A stretch of 64,000 nt of DNA from Phoronis australis (lineage: Eukaryota > Animalia > Phoronida): NCBI GenBank assembly GCA_002633005.1, contig NMRA01000001.1, forward strand, positions 3,393,695 through 3,457,694, written 5' to 3'. A model generated the notes under the pieces. The model saw nothing but the letters and a program-made list of their open reading frames with translations, did not search any database and was not told where the DNA came from. Below are positions 1 to 13,266 of the stretch, piece after piece (position 1 is the stretch's first letter; every line of letters begins with the position of its first letter). Position numbers and translations under genes: made by a program.

Positions 1-44
1 CTCAAAAATAGTTCGGCACAGAGGCAATTTACGAGAAAGGGGAG

Positions 45-855
45 CAGATTGAAGAATTGAAAACTAGTTATCAATAGCAGAAAAGTTCGCTTAGCATTGC
101 TTTTGATGTCCGATATTGTATGATAATGTCATGCTTTTTTCGTTTTAAAGTGCCGCGCGTAGAGATAACCCGACCGGATATCAATAAAGTTAAAAACGCT
201 AATGTTGTCATACAAAGTAAATGAAGCGCTGTGTAAACAACATTCTAAAGAGCTAAAATCAATATCTCAAGTAGTGAAAAGGCCACCAGGTTATGTTTTA
301 AAGTCATATGATTATCAGAGGGCGAATTTCTGGTGATTTGCACGACTTCGGCACTAGATTACCACCGCTCACGGGAAGTTCTTTACCCGGGAAGTCTGCA
401 AGTCGGCAGTCGAATCGAATTGACTTAGCTTGGGGTCGCATCCATGGTTNCAGATTGAAGAATTGAAAACTAGTTATCAATAGCAGAAAAGTTCGCTTAG
501 CATTGCTTTTGATGTCCGATATTGTAAGATAATGTCATGCTTTTTTCGTTTTAAAGTGCCGCGCGTAGAGATAACCCGACCGGATATCAATAAAGTTAAA
601 AACGTTAATGTTGTCATACAAAGTAAATGAAGCGCTGTGTAAACAACATTCTAAAGAGCTAAAATCAATATCTCAAGTAGTGAAAAGGCCACCAGGTTAT
701 GTTTTAAAGTCATATGATTATCAGAGGGCGAATTTCTGGTGATTTGCACGAGTTCGGCACAAGATTACCACCGCTCATGGGAAGTTCTTTACCCGGGAAG
801 TCTGCAAGTCGGCAGTCGAATCGAATTGACTTAGCTTGGGGTCGCATCCATGGTT
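45..855. repeat. 405-bp tandem duplicate around a single N (450); probable uncollapsed haplotype overlap (assembly artefact)
   Basis: 45..449 and 451..855 are the same sequence with about 5 substitutions and abut the N exactly. Confidence 0.85.
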
Positions 856-2099
856 ACTGTAACCCTTCTGAATAGGGCAAGGGCACAAAGCACTGTACCA
901 CGGCGTTCAAAATAAGTTCTCTCATTTTCTCTCTTTTTCCATTTCTTACAATGAAAATTTCCTGCTACTGTTACTTCATTATCACATGAAGGTGCGCGTG
1001 TATGGTTGGTGCAGAGTGGCATAATTTCGATTTATGTCGGCATAAATTAAAGTTATGTCGCACTGCGCCAACCATACGCGTGCACATAGGTCAACAGTGT
1101 CATGGAGAGATGTTTTCGTAAGCACAGAAACAAAACAGTTAGGGGCCTATGTTCTGTGACAAGTAAAATGAAGTAGAAAACGTGAAATGTGCAGAAAATA
1201 AGTAGATGGGACGCATTGGTGGTCTTTATTAACAATACAGATTTGGAGGTGTATAATTTTGGTATTGTTCACGATTCAATGTGAAATGAAGCACTTGTTG
1301 CTGATTGCTACCTGTTTCGAAGGCTGTACAAATTAAAAGCAATTATTCTTACTGTTTACAGTAATTATCCATCGGTCACGGAAAAGATGTTTGGTAACAG
1401 GGGCAGACTGGCCTTTGACCTCGCGCTGCGGCTGGCTCATGGCATTTGTCCGCATGACTTTTTTTAAAAATTGCTCTGTTAGCAATCATATTTCGGTCCC
1501 TCATGCTTGCCGCGCTTGGTATAAAAGAGCACATCAAAAACAAAATAAAATAATCTAATGCAATAGCCGTGCCCAATTTAAAGGCATTGAATACAAACGG
1601 TTTAAAGAGCGAAAAACGCATCTTGGGAATATTGTTGTTGGGTGTGAAAGAGTTCATGAAGTTATTGACTTCCCCCAGAGCTATAAAATAACAAAATCCA
1701 TTGTGCTTTGATGACTTTGTTAGAAGTTGTCATTTCCCAATGTGGACTTCCAGTCACATGGTAGAATCAAATGAAATCGAGTAACTGACCTTATCAGCTG
1801 TTTGTTGTGCAATAAAAAGGTCGGAGACGTCGGCGGCAGTGATAATCAAAACTGGCGTAAAAAGAAGAGAACTAATCTCCGGATTACGTATGAGAAGAAG
1901 AGAACAGCTGAATCACATTGGATGTGTAACCTCTCTAAAATAAGCATGCGGGAACGAAATCGAGGCTCCGGACTGCCGTGCGAGATGAGTTGAACGTTTC
2001 TTGATCTGGCAAGACATTTCATATTTACGTTTCTTTTCTCACCTTCCTCAAATAGCATACATTTGAGCATAACTTAGTATAACTCGGTAGTGATGCCCC

Positions 2100-2358
2100 C
2101 TGGTGCAGAGTTCGTTAAAAATGATACGACATTCATTATTGGATAACTTCTTTCTGTATCTCCCGTATTGTCTAAAAAGTCCTTGTGTGCGGATCGCATC
2201 TGTGCAGTAGCTCCCTTAGCGACATCGTTAAAAAAACAAACGGTAGAAAAATTGTTTTAACATTATATTAGACCGCATTCATCGAAGGCAAGAAGTAAAA
2301 TGAGACCTCAGTGAGTAGTGAGTGAATGTCGTATCGTTTTTAACGAACTGTGCACCAG
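2100..2358. mobile_element. MITE with ~35-bp terminal inverted repeats
   Basis: ctggtgcagagttcgttaaaaatgatacgacattca at the left end pairs with tgaatgtcgtatcgtttttaacgaactgtgcaccag at the right end; no ORF. Confidence 0.65.
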
Positions 2359-3504
2359 ACAGTTGGGCATAAACCTATAATTATTTTAAACCTTTCTAAT
2401 GCTTTTAGTGTTCACTAATTAACCAATAGACTTACACACTGCGTCTAAAGATCAACAAAAATTGAACGATCTCGGCCAAATACAGTTACAGTACTTGCTT
2501 TCCAAAAATAACAATATAAACTTTGAAGCCTCGTTTCCTGGTAATCATAACTGCTAACTTGTATAATTTTCCAGGCAACTTTTACCACAATAGTATACTA
2601 CTGGGTGTCAGATGATTGAGTTCTAAAATTACACACCGTCAGTCGTACCACACGCGAGTATTTTGCAGCCTAAAAAGCATGACGTAGTGATCTTCAGTTT
2701 TAACAACAGGTATAAAAAGCAATACCACGTGACCATTTATGCTTTCAATAACTAGGCTTCATCATTTAAATGCTTCCTTTACTCCTATGATCTCAGATTA
2801 AAACGGTTCTTTGCCGCATTATTTTTGAGAGGACTCTGGAAACCAGTGTCGTCGATTTCCGTTTCATGCTTGGTGAGTTGACCGTAATCGAAGCGGTGTC
2901 GCTACTTGTATCGAAGAGATTATTGCCTTTTGACTTAGGCTAAAAATTGGAAAACTGACCACGAAAAGCCAAAAGTTGAACACACTTTGTTCTTTGCTTT
3001 TACTAGCCGTGCAGTTCTGCAAAAAATCTTCACGCTAGTAATTGATCATACTCTTGAAACACTTGCCATTCACTCGAGCGATTTTGCACGGTCTTGCGTC
3101 ATTTTGCTTCTCGCTAGCCACTTGATTTACAGGACACACCCTTAGCAACTTTTTGGTTAAAGGGACATTTCGGTTTTTAGCTACTTGGTGCCAATTTCAT
3201 CCGACGCGCTGCCGGATTCAAAAACGTTATCAAACTCATCCGATCTTGAATTAGAGGAATGTCCTTTTCGAATTCGCCATTTGTTGGTTGTCCGACACCT
3301 ATAAATGTTGAAGTGTTTTGATGAATCGTTGATAGTTTCGATGTTCGTGTTGAAACGAAAATCGAGTTCAACACTTACTAAACATTACATCTGGGCACTG
3401 CACTCACTGCTGAGACAAATAATTTGCTATTTACTAAATAGTGAACTATTCAGTTCTAGATCACTTTGTTAACGATTGTATGTAAAACACAATTAACTGG
3501 CCAA

Positions 3505-4167
3505 ATGGTCGTTGTCGAAAATGCCGAAATCGTATTAAAAGGAGACGGTCATGCAGACCAGCTGACTATGAGTCACAAGGCCGTCACTAATAATTCGAGA
3601 GTGGGAAGATATCGATGTCCCGTCAAGATCATTAAATAGAGCCTGTCGAGAGAACTAAACTGTCAACGTCCTTGGAGGGAAATAATTCTGTGTAACAGAT
3701 ATTGTAAATTAATGCAGTTTTGCGAACAGGCGGAAGTTTCCGCCAAACCAGCGCACGAGCATGCATAGGCGGATGTAGGGGGGGGGGGCTAGGAGGCCCG
3801 CCCCACTCCCTTAGCCGCCGCAAAAAATAAAACANATGGTCGTTGTCGAAAATGCCGAAATCTTATTAAAACGAGACGGTCATGCAGACCAGCTGACTAT
3901 GAGTCACAAGGCCGTCACTAATAATTCGAGAGTGGGAAGATATCGATGTCCCGTCAAGATCATTAAATAGAGCCTGTCGATAGAGAACTAAACTGTCAAC
4001 GTCCTTGGGGGGAAATAATTCTGTGTAACAGATATTGTAAATTAATGCAGTTTTGCGAACAGGCGGAAGTTTCCGCCAAACCAGCGCACGAGCATGCATA
4101 GGCGGATGTAGGGGGGGGGGGCTAGGAGGCCCGCCCCACTCCCTTAGCCGCCGCATAAAATAAAACA
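3505..4167. repeat. ~330-bp tandem duplicate around a single N (3835); probable haplotype overlap artefact
   Basis: 3505..3834 and 3836..4167 are near-identical (a few SNPs and small indels) and abut the N. Confidence 0.85.
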
Positions 4168-4447
4168 GCAAGAGGGTGAGGAAATATTGAGTTCATTAAT
4201 TAACCCCGGTAATTAACATGCGGCTGAGGGGGGGGGGGTCAGACCCGATTGCAAGTCGGCTCAGCTCAGGCGGCCTGCGCCATCGTTTTCCCGTTTTTTT
4301 AGTCGTCCGTTACTGAGTGTTTCAGTAGAAGGTCCAGAAATTCGAGCTCTCCTATCTTTCAGGCTCGGTGAGTACATGCAATCGCGCTTTGCACCATTGC
4401 CCAAGACTAGTGTTGGGCCTCCTTATGATATCATAGATCCGCCACTG
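4097..4447 (+). mobile_element. Non-autonomous DNA transposon/MITE (ends cataggcggat ... atccgccactg); same family as 63263..63915
   Basis: Short inverted ends; the 5' ~120 bp and 3' ~35 bp align by eye with the copy at 63263..63915. Confidence 0.65.
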
Positions 4448-6595
4448 GCACGATCACTATTTTTATCACATCCACATCCTGTTTTCGATAATATCAAAAT
4501 TCTTATCTGACCCAATAATTACGTAAAAACCAGATAACACCATCAACACGATAGCCGTTTTTCTTCATATCTCATTTTAGAGGTTACTACTGCGATATTG
4601 AAGGCATGGGAGCGTTGCTTTTTCTGTGTCTTGACCAGAGGTAAAAAGTCGTCGTTTTTCCAGGAAAACAAGTGGTGACTTCTTGTCTCCGGGTCAAAGA
4701 CAGCTAACTCTGGGCCAGACTTAGTCTCGACCAATGGAATCAAGTTTTGTGTAGCGAGAGTTTTGCCATTTCGAAAAAAGTTAAATTAACGGCAACTGTT
4801 GTCAGACAAAAGCCAAGTTTACACTTTTTAAAAAAGTGGCGACTTTCTATCTCTGCCCGAAAGCGACTGTCCCTTCAAGTAAAATACTGATTTCGGCAAA
4901 ATGGCACCTTTTGTTCAGATTGGCACATTGTCCCGTGACACTCAATGCGTCGTGTCTGTTAGCGTACGTCAGATTCTCTAGTGACCGTCTCTAGATCCTC
5001 TATTCTCTTTCATCATTTGTTGTTAAGAAGGATAACACATTTGATATGAGCCAAACGAATTTTTGTGAAAAATATTGATTGGCTTATGCATGAATGTTTA
5101 CTTTCTTGAGGGAAGGTGGTACCAAAGTAATTTAAGAAGACTGTGGCAAAAGTTTCTATGTTAATAAATATCGATTAAAATTATTCCAGTTTAACACAAT
5201 GCGGCATACATTTTCTTGAACACGAGGGACTTCTTTCTGGATGAGAGAGCCAATGAAATGTTGTACAAATAATCGACTCATATGAAGCGAATGAACGCAA
5301 GCACGGAACTAAATGAAGTGAAGATTTATTTTGCCGCTTCACTACGAAAGAAAATGAAGTGAATACGGTAACCATTGCCGTTTTGTGCTTCATTAGAAGT
5401 AAGCTGAAACATTTTTATGCTGTATTTAGCAGTGCCATTGTTGTTTCTGAGTACGAGAAGCGAAAATGTTTAGCAAAAATTGCTTCCAGTAGAAACGTTA
5501 GCGTTGATTTACAATTGTATCCGAGTGTTCCGATATCCGGCTGAGCCCACAGTGGTCGAGCTGAGGTCAATATCACATGTAAATATCGATATTGCGAGAG
5601 CGTAATATTTACAAAAAAAATTATAATGAGGGAAAAAACTAGCCTTCTGAAATTCATGAAAGGATTTTAATTTAGATTGTTTGACCGGTTACGTATCTTA
5701 TGCATGTCGACACCTAAGATTCCGGATGAAGCTGCAAATAAATAATGATCTGGGGATCATATTAATGGGGTAACATATTCATAAAAAAACGTTGACGGTG
5801 AATTCCGGTAGTGAATGGAAAATGTCGTCATCATCGATCATGAGACCTCTAATTGGACGAAATCTATTATCAAACAATTCTGTGTCTGGTGTGGCGCAAA
5901 CTTTCACGTTTCAATCCCAGAATTCTTAGAACGAAACGGAATCCCCAGAAAACCCTCACTTAACCAATACACATTTTGCCGTTACCCTATTGGAACTCCG
6001 ACAAATTTAAAATTTTCGTTTATTAAACGACAGTCTTCGTTTTGCGCACTGTTTGACATCAACAAAACAAACCCGCATGATGTCACTCTTTTTCAACTGC
6101 AATATTTCCAGAGTTTCATGTTACTTGCAGTTTACTAGTGAAACGGTAGCGCATGTTAACAGTTACGGGACGTACTCAAGGTTTTAATATGATCAAACAT
6201 CTTTAAATAAGCGTTCGCGAGCATTAGGCAAGGACGCAAATGCTTGTATTACACTTTAAATATATCAGTTTACATAAAAATTTCGCACAGATTTTGGCTA
6301 CCCCACAGAGAAAATGACTTTCATCATGTCGTCAAAATGTACAATTTCTCTTTCTTTTAATAACTGAAAATCTTCACCACTGTTTAGTGTATAGGTCATG
6401 TAGCAGATCGGTAAAAGCCCGTCTTTAACAAGTTTCGCTGAATACACGAGATATAATGACTGTATCCAGCTTCAAAGCCAGCCATTCGTAATGTCTCATG
6501 TGAGTTCTTTCAACTAGCCACATTGCATATAGACAAAGTCTCATGGACATCACTCACACACAAACAAATAAACATATTAAAATGTCCACATAGTT

Positions 6596-6769
6596 GTATG
6601 ACAAACGCACGGTACGTCGGTTATCATAGACCATCAAAGGTGCAAATGGAATATTCACACTGCCGCCTTTTCAAGAATAGCATTTAATCTATTTAAAGGC
6701 GAGAGTTTGAGCATTTTAATTGCAACTTTGATGGTCTATGATGACCGACGTACCGTGCGTTTATCATAC
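6596..6769. mobile_element. Foldback/MITE with ~50-bp inverted arms and a ~70-bp spacer
   Basis: gtatgacaaacgcacggtacgtcggttatcatagaccatcaaaggtgcaa pairs with ttgcaactttgatggtctatgatgaccgacgtaccgtgcgtttatcatac. Confidence 0.7.
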
Positions 6770-8374
6770 GAATTCATGTCGCGTAATTTAAACATTACAC
6801 TTAACTACAAAACTTGTATTTACCTAAACACGTTTCAAAAGCTACATACAATGAAAACTTCTACGAGAAGTTTGTTTTAAAGACACATGTAATTACTTCT
6901 AACAAGTAGTAGTTCTATGCAATTCGTGCTGTTGTTGTGGCCCGCTATGGCGACCTTTCACATGTTATTTGATCGATTTCACTAACATTCAGTAGTCACA
7001 GTGTTACACTTTCTCATTGATTAAATGATAAAGTTTGTGTGCGAGGAGTTGACTTGGAATTTTGAAAATGCCGTTTCCTGTAAGTAGACTTAGAACACGG
7101 AATACGTTATATCAATTGAATATCACTGTTCACCAAAACTTCGCATATTACAGCCTCATTTGATTGAAAGCGCTTTACTCACGACCTTTTGATAACTTCA
7201 TGAGAATGCAATTGTGTGTCAGTTTTGGTGGCCATTTTTTCGTGTGCCATAATAAACTCAGCAACTGAATTTAAAGGACACACTCAAATTTAGAGCGAAA
7301 ACGTCTTCGGTGGTTATTTTTAAAAAGGAAAGAGTTCTTGAAGTCATTGAAGAACTGACTAAACGTTGTTGCAACAAACGGAACTCAGTCTTTGACCTCC
7401 CCTAAGCGATGAAAGCGTTATTTAAACCAAGTCACTTTCACACTGTATCATATGGTTTTGCGTTTTGATTTAGGCTGTCTTTCCCCACAGTAGCCGTGTA
7501 TCGCGCCTGAAGCGTTAGCGACACTTGTCGATTTAGCAGACTTTGTAAGGATTTTTAAAAATTTCCTTCAAAATTTTTAGGATTGACAACGTTATCAGAA
7601 CATTATTTTAATTTAAAGATTGAAATGAAGAAGTTGTAATTAACATTTCTAATAGGCTAAACCCGGATTTGATATCCTTTTAAGTGAAATCGAGGAGGTG
7701 ACCTCTTAAAATGTTTTCTTGGCAGTGAAAATGTTTGTCGCAGCCCGTTTATTCAAGCGCCTCAGGTTGGCTACTCGGTTCGACCTCGAAGCGCAGAAAG
7801 AATAAAACCTTGGGGAAGCCTACACACTCCCACACTCGTTCACGATGCAGTCTTGTCATGCATTTGGATTTTAACAGAAGACCTTCTCGCCAGCGCATTG
7901 ATTTCACAGACTACGAGGTCAAGCCTTGTATCCTTCTTGAGTTATGGGCCGGGCAGTGGGTCCACTTGGTTTGTGACGTAGCGGCTAAGAGCAGCCTGTT
8001 GTGCGGCAAAAGTCGACATAAAAAGCCAAGAGTTTTCATTCCAAGCAATAATTAGCGCCGTGCGGGATGCGAGTCGAGCATTTCCAAAAATGTCAAACTT
8101 GTTCTGGTGCTAGACAGCTAGGTAGGTTTGCGTTCGCCTCTCGTGTTTCAGGTATAGCTTGATAATAGTGCTTACTTTTTAAAGTTATTTTTTAAAAAAA
8201 GTTATACAACGTGTTTAGTATTTTACTAATTAACTGAGTATCAAGAACTTTTTTGTGCTCTAAGTTTATTTATACAAAACGCACTTTCCAAAATGGCCAA
8301 CTCCGTGTTAAAAACCCGATAACCTCAATAATTGCTATTTTACGAAGTTTTTTTAGAAGTAACTTAACTATTAT

Positions 8375-8450
8375 CTGGGTTCGAGTCCCGGTCGGGGACA
8401 GAAATCTTTTGGTACTTATATTCATTAGGTCACGTGATGTGATCAAAAAG
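8375..8450 (+). mobile_element. tRNA-derived SINE fragment (Pol III B-box GGTTCGAGTCC plus body)
   Basis: B-box at 8378..8388; the downstream body (aaatctt...acttatattcattaggtcacgtgatgtg) matches the minus-strand copy at 61387..61487. Confidence 0.55.
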
Positions 8451-11438
8451 ATGGCGGATTGAACGGGATAAACTACTTGCAACATATTCCACGGCTCACT
8501 GAAAAAGATATTTACATATTATATTAGTACTGTGACTTTGATATTATGGCTGAACTCTAAAATTGCACACCGTGATTAGTGCTTGAAAGTGATTCAGCAG
8601 GGAAGGTGATGGTCATTGGCTTCGCAATTTTTGCGAAAACAAAGTGAAAAAAGCACTATTTTTATGAAAAAGTTCCTGTTGAAATATTGTCCGAGGTAAA
8701 ATTCGTGTAATCATGCAAAACTCGTTTTCCAAAATGGCCAAGTCTTCTTTGAAAACCTGATAACCCGGTAATTATAATTGCTACTAAACTATGGATTTTT
8801 TTTGGGGTAACTATCACCAGATTGCTTTTTGGAAATTATGCCCGAACTCTAAACTTACATACCTTTGAGCGCGGTGTTTTTTGCGAGTATGTTGGTACCT
8901 GAACAAGACACGTAGTTGAACAGGTAGGTCGAGGGCTACTGGCAAACATAAAAGCAAAAGAAAATACATTAACGTAAGAAAATCGAATTATTTTTATGAA
9001 AATGATCCGATTAGCTGTTGAAGTGTTGTCTGAGATAAACTTCGCCTGATTCTGTTCAAGTTGGTGCATTGTGTTCATGCTATATTGTCACCGATCATGA
9101 TTTTTAAAAATCAATATTCTAAAACAGTTGTCCGGGGAATTCGATTAAACTGGTTTGCTGTGGAGTTTGCTTTGTGAAAGGGTATCTTTTTTGTGTTGAT
9201 ATATTAGTATGCAATAGTAGACCCAAAAATTGACGTTTTGGTACATTGTCTGAATTCAGCTGTTAACTAAACAGCTGAAGCAAAGGACATTGCTTAAAGT
9301 CTCGTGCTGCGCCATCTACGTTTGAAAACCATTGTTTTGGTTCATGAACTTGAGTAGAACTCTTTGACTTTTTTCCATACCGAGAATTGGCATTTATAAT
9401 ATTTCACGAGAATTGCCATTTATAACATTACACACGATGACATCACGGACCGACTGAAGTTCATTGATTACCTTAACGAGCAGTTTAATCGCCGTTAACT
9501 TGATTTACACAAGGTTGATGTTTGCCACAACAGCTTCCGTGGGTCTTAAACATAGATCGGGTGACATTCTTTACTAATGCCATAGATTGTAAATTTGAGT
9601 AAGATAGTCTCCAATGAATCACCACAGGTCCACGGAGACATTCGTTTTATTGACATGACGACCACGCGTGGACCTTGACAACGGTGATGTACAGTTGAAC
9701 AATTTCAGTGGCGGAATCAACACGAGGATTCGAGTCTTCTTTCAACTTCACACGGAACAAAAAAATGAAAAATTGAGATAATTACAACGAAATTGATCAT
9801 GGTATTTTTCGTGGTAAGTTGTTATGACGTGCGTTGCAGCAATGATTACAATAGTCATCTTGAAAATTAATTGCAGATTCCTAAGGGGGGTGGGGTCCTT
9901 CCAGTTTCATATTTATATTGTATTAGATTAGGGAATACATGTAAAGGTTAATTACAAAAATATTGACAATTCTTTGACACTAATAGTCTATCTATTTGTT
10001 CGCATTTGTAATATCCAAATAAATGTTGTGTTGCATGTTCAAAATCGTTGTGCAATCTTCCTACAGAGGGAAGTTAAACAAGTGATTAAAAGCCGACCAG
10101 TCAGGATTTTCCAAATAATTTGTAGTGTAGCAGAAATCAATTGAACAATTTGTCATCGTTACAAAAATCTATAGTGTGTGTGTACACATAAGTGATTTTG
10201 TTGCTAGTCCGATAAGTGATTTCCTTAGGAGTCCAGACGTGAACGCTGCTACAATCACGCGCCTGAGTTTGGTGTTTATAGTAACAGTTTTTGGCCGCGA
10301 CAAAAACGTAGCACGTCTTCCAAGTCTGCTACAATTCTTACCCAAGACACCAGGGAAGTTGAAATATGTCAATTTTATTCATGAAGTCATACATAATGTA
10401 GGTAAGTTTGGAGGAAATAATGTAAAAAATGACATAAAAAGCTGAAACGGTTATATAGAATAACCGCAATCCAGTTCCAACAATTGTCGTGAGGATTTTG
10501 GAAAAGAGCTCAAATACTCTTTTTGTCACATTCATCAATTTAGAACACACGATGAGTTTCGTCAGTCGAAATAAGCATTAGGATGCAAAAGTTTCCTAAC
10601 TTTCAGCCCCGTTTGTGTTTACCTTATTTATTACTATCAATTTTTAAAGTGGGCGGGGTTTCCACGGAAATCTCATTACATATGCCGGCAGTTGAATGGA
10701 TACCCATAATGCACTAGTCAGCTGCTGATGCACCACCAAAAGCAAAACTAAAAGTTCGTATAAAATTCAGCTCGAAGATGTTAGGAGTTATGTTGAGTGA
10801 GCATTATTTGGGCCTAAGTTTCGACTGAGCTAACTTGCGTTAAAATCCACTTTATGAAGGTTTTAACTAAAATGAAGCGGTAAGAGTATCTTGAGAAACA
10901 AACAACAGCCTGAATGGGACGGCGGCCACGTGTGTTTACCATTCAGCTCGGAAAGCACCTACAGCGGCTGTGTTTAATTACGACAACTCTGAATGATGGG
11001 AAGTACATCTACTTTGATTACATTGCAGTTACACACTTACATGTCCATATGGAAAATACAAGAGGTCACTTCTGAATTAATTGGAAATGGCCAATAGCCA
11101 CGAGTTCACTTACATTATTCCGTGACAGTGGTTCGAAAACACCGTCTTGTTCTCAGGTTTTGAACTTCGCGCTAAGCTAATAGAGGTGTAAACACAATAA
11201 GACAGGGCAGTCATATTTTACCCACAATTAGACATTAAATTATTGCGAAAACCTCAGTCGTCCCAAGAGGCAAATATTACGTGCGACTCTAAAGCTGTTG
11301 TCAACTGTTTCAGAGATGGATTGTTTAAAGCTGATTAAGAAGCCAACAACGAAGGTGTGATGTTGTGAACGACAAGTACCTATCTGAGAAGAAGCTGCGT
11401 TTTGAATAACACCTCAGGAAAGTAACGTGGAGTCGAAC

Positions 11439-12473
11439 ATGGCTTGTGAAAATTACTCACAAAACGGGACATCCATCCTTGATAATGATCAACCGACACA
11501 TTGGCTGTACACTTTCGTTGCTTTCGTCGTCACAATTCTTATTCTGGGAAACAACACCGTCACGCTCTTCGTTATTTCCAAGGAGAAATCCTTTTGGAAT
11601 CCTTCCGGCTACTTTATGGGCATGCTGGCTATCACGGACATTACAACAGGATTTTTCCTGACGCTCTTTTCAATTCCAGCGTCAATCGTTAACGAATGGC
11701 CATTCGGCGAGGTCTTCTGTAACATTGCCGGCCTTATGGGAACATCCGGTGGTTCGCTCTCCATATCGACTCTAGCACTCATTGCCTACGACCGGTTCCT
11801 GATCATCACAAAGCCCCTGCATTACGAAACCATCATGACTTCGAAGAAAGCTATAATATGTCTGGTAGCAGTATGGGTATTCAACTTGACATTCCAGAGC
11901 ATTCCATTTGCCGTACCCTCATGGACCAAGGAACAGAAATATCTTTATTTCCCGAATGCTTTTGTGTGTACTCTAGCGTTCCATAACAATGTACCTTATG
12001 TGTTGCTAACCATTTCTCTCATTTTTATTCCGGCAAGCGGCATTATAAACTACTGTGGTTTCAAAATGTTCATCACAGCAAGGGCCCACGCCAAAGCCAT
12101 TCAGCAGCAGAGCCATGCAGCGACGTCTCCGGAAGCCAAAAGAAGTGCGAAAAATTTGAAATCACTGAAAACCGTAACGCTCATCGTTGGCGCGTTTTTC
12201 CTCGCCTGGGGTTCGTTTGCGATTTTCTGCTTGTATCGCGCCACTTTGCCATGTGATGAGATGAAGGACGTTCCGCGCGCTTTAGAATTCACCATCGGAA
12301 TGTTTGCCATGTCAAACAGTTTCGTTAACTTCTTCATTTACGCCGTGAGAAACAGGAAATTCAGGGAAAGCGCCAAAAGAGTTTTGTGCATCCGAAAATG
12401 CATTGAATTCAAGTCTAAGGGAGAATCGACCAGTGTCAAGATGTCCAAAGTACATCCCTCTTCCAGCACTTGA
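11439..12473 (+). CDS. Orphan rhodopsin-like (class A) G protein-coupled receptor, 344 aa, single coding exon
   Basis: ATG at 11439 in aacATGg context (the ORF track starts at an upstream GTG). N-terminal sequons NYS and NGT; seven hydrophobic segments; TM1 GN, TM2 LAITD, ECL1 WPFG..C, TM3 DRF, TM4 W, ECL2 Cys, TM6 FFLAWGSF, TM7 NSFVNFFIY, helix 8 FR. Confidence 0.93.
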   Translation: MACENYSQNGTSILDNDQPTHWLYTFVAFVVTILILGNNTVTLFVISKEKSFWNPSGYFMGMLAITDITTGFFLTLFSIPASIVNEWPFGEVFCNIAGLMGTSGGSLSISTLALIAYDRFLIITKPLHYETIMTSKKAIICLVAVWVFNLTFQSIPFAVPSWTKEQKYLYFPNAFVCTLAFHNNVPYVLLTISLIFIPASGIINYCGFKMFITARAHAKAIQQQSHAATSPEAKRSAKNLKSLKTVTLIVGAFFLAWGSFAIFCLYRATLPCDEMKDVPRALEFTIGMFAMSNSFVNFFIYAVRNRKFRESAKRVLCIRKCIEFKSKGESTSVKMSKVHPSSST

Positions 12474-12485
12474 AGGGGAATATTT

Positions 12486-12717
12486 GGGCCTGGTGTCTAA
12501 TCTTTTTTCTCGAAATCGAACTCGAAAAATTATTTGTCGTTTGAAGTTCTCCTTAAGTACGAACTTAAGATCCTTTTCTGCTATTATGGACTTAAGTATG
12601 TTATGGACTACGAATGATAAACACTTCTGTTGTGTTCACATCAAAGTTAAAGAACGTAAAATGTTAAAAATATTAATTTCGGGTTCGATTTCGAGTGAAA
12701 AGACTAAATCACGGCCC
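12486..12717. mobile_element. MITE (GGGCC-ended TIR, PIF/Harbinger-like) immediately after the GPCR stop codon
   Basis: gggcctggtgtctaatcttttttctcgaaatcgaactcgaaa pairs with tttcgggttcgatttcgagtgaaaagactaaatcacggccc; TIR shared with 13267..13647 and 56320..56698. Confidence 0.65.
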
Positions 12718-13266
12718 TGACTGGTAGCCGATGGTGACTTCCGGATTTCAACCAATCAGAAGTGCATCCTTTGGACCAATTTTCTTGCGCAAAAACCAAG
12801 ACTACGCAAGATCGTGAAAAATAACGCGAGTGAGAAGCGAAAAGGTTGTAAACCTGACTAACGTAACCTAGTAAAATAGAGACAACTGCAGAATTAACGA
12901 CGATCGGTGAGGCTGGAAATTCGAAGTCGGATTATTCGATAGAATTCCTAAATTATGAGATAGTGCAAGCGCAAGCCAATGTCCTGGGTTTATGGAGTTT
13001 TTTCATGTTAAAGTCATTAAAAACTTAATTTGGTTTTACCTTTCCATTTCACAATTGTTGTAAAAGGCTTAGCCTAGTAATTGTGAGCACATGACACTCT
13101 AGAAATAATTGGTAGAAATTATCTCAGCACTAACTAGCATTTATGTATGCATTCTCTGAGATTTTGCACTTTCGCTCAAGTGAGATTTAATTATTTTTAT
13201 AAGTTGCTGTGTAGAGCGTGATATCACATTTGTGACTCAAGTCTTAGATCGTTTTTAATGGAAGAG

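Noticed and set aside
4543-4743. 66-aa minus-strand ORF with protein-like composition
   Set aside because: Non-ATG start, no recognisable motif and no consistent splice partners.
8375-8400. tRNA gene
   Set aside because: Only a T-arm/B-box half is present with no cloverleaf; explained as a SINE head.
11439-12473. Opsin or biogenic-amine receptor assignment
   Set aside because: No Lys at 7.43 and no Asp at 3.32.
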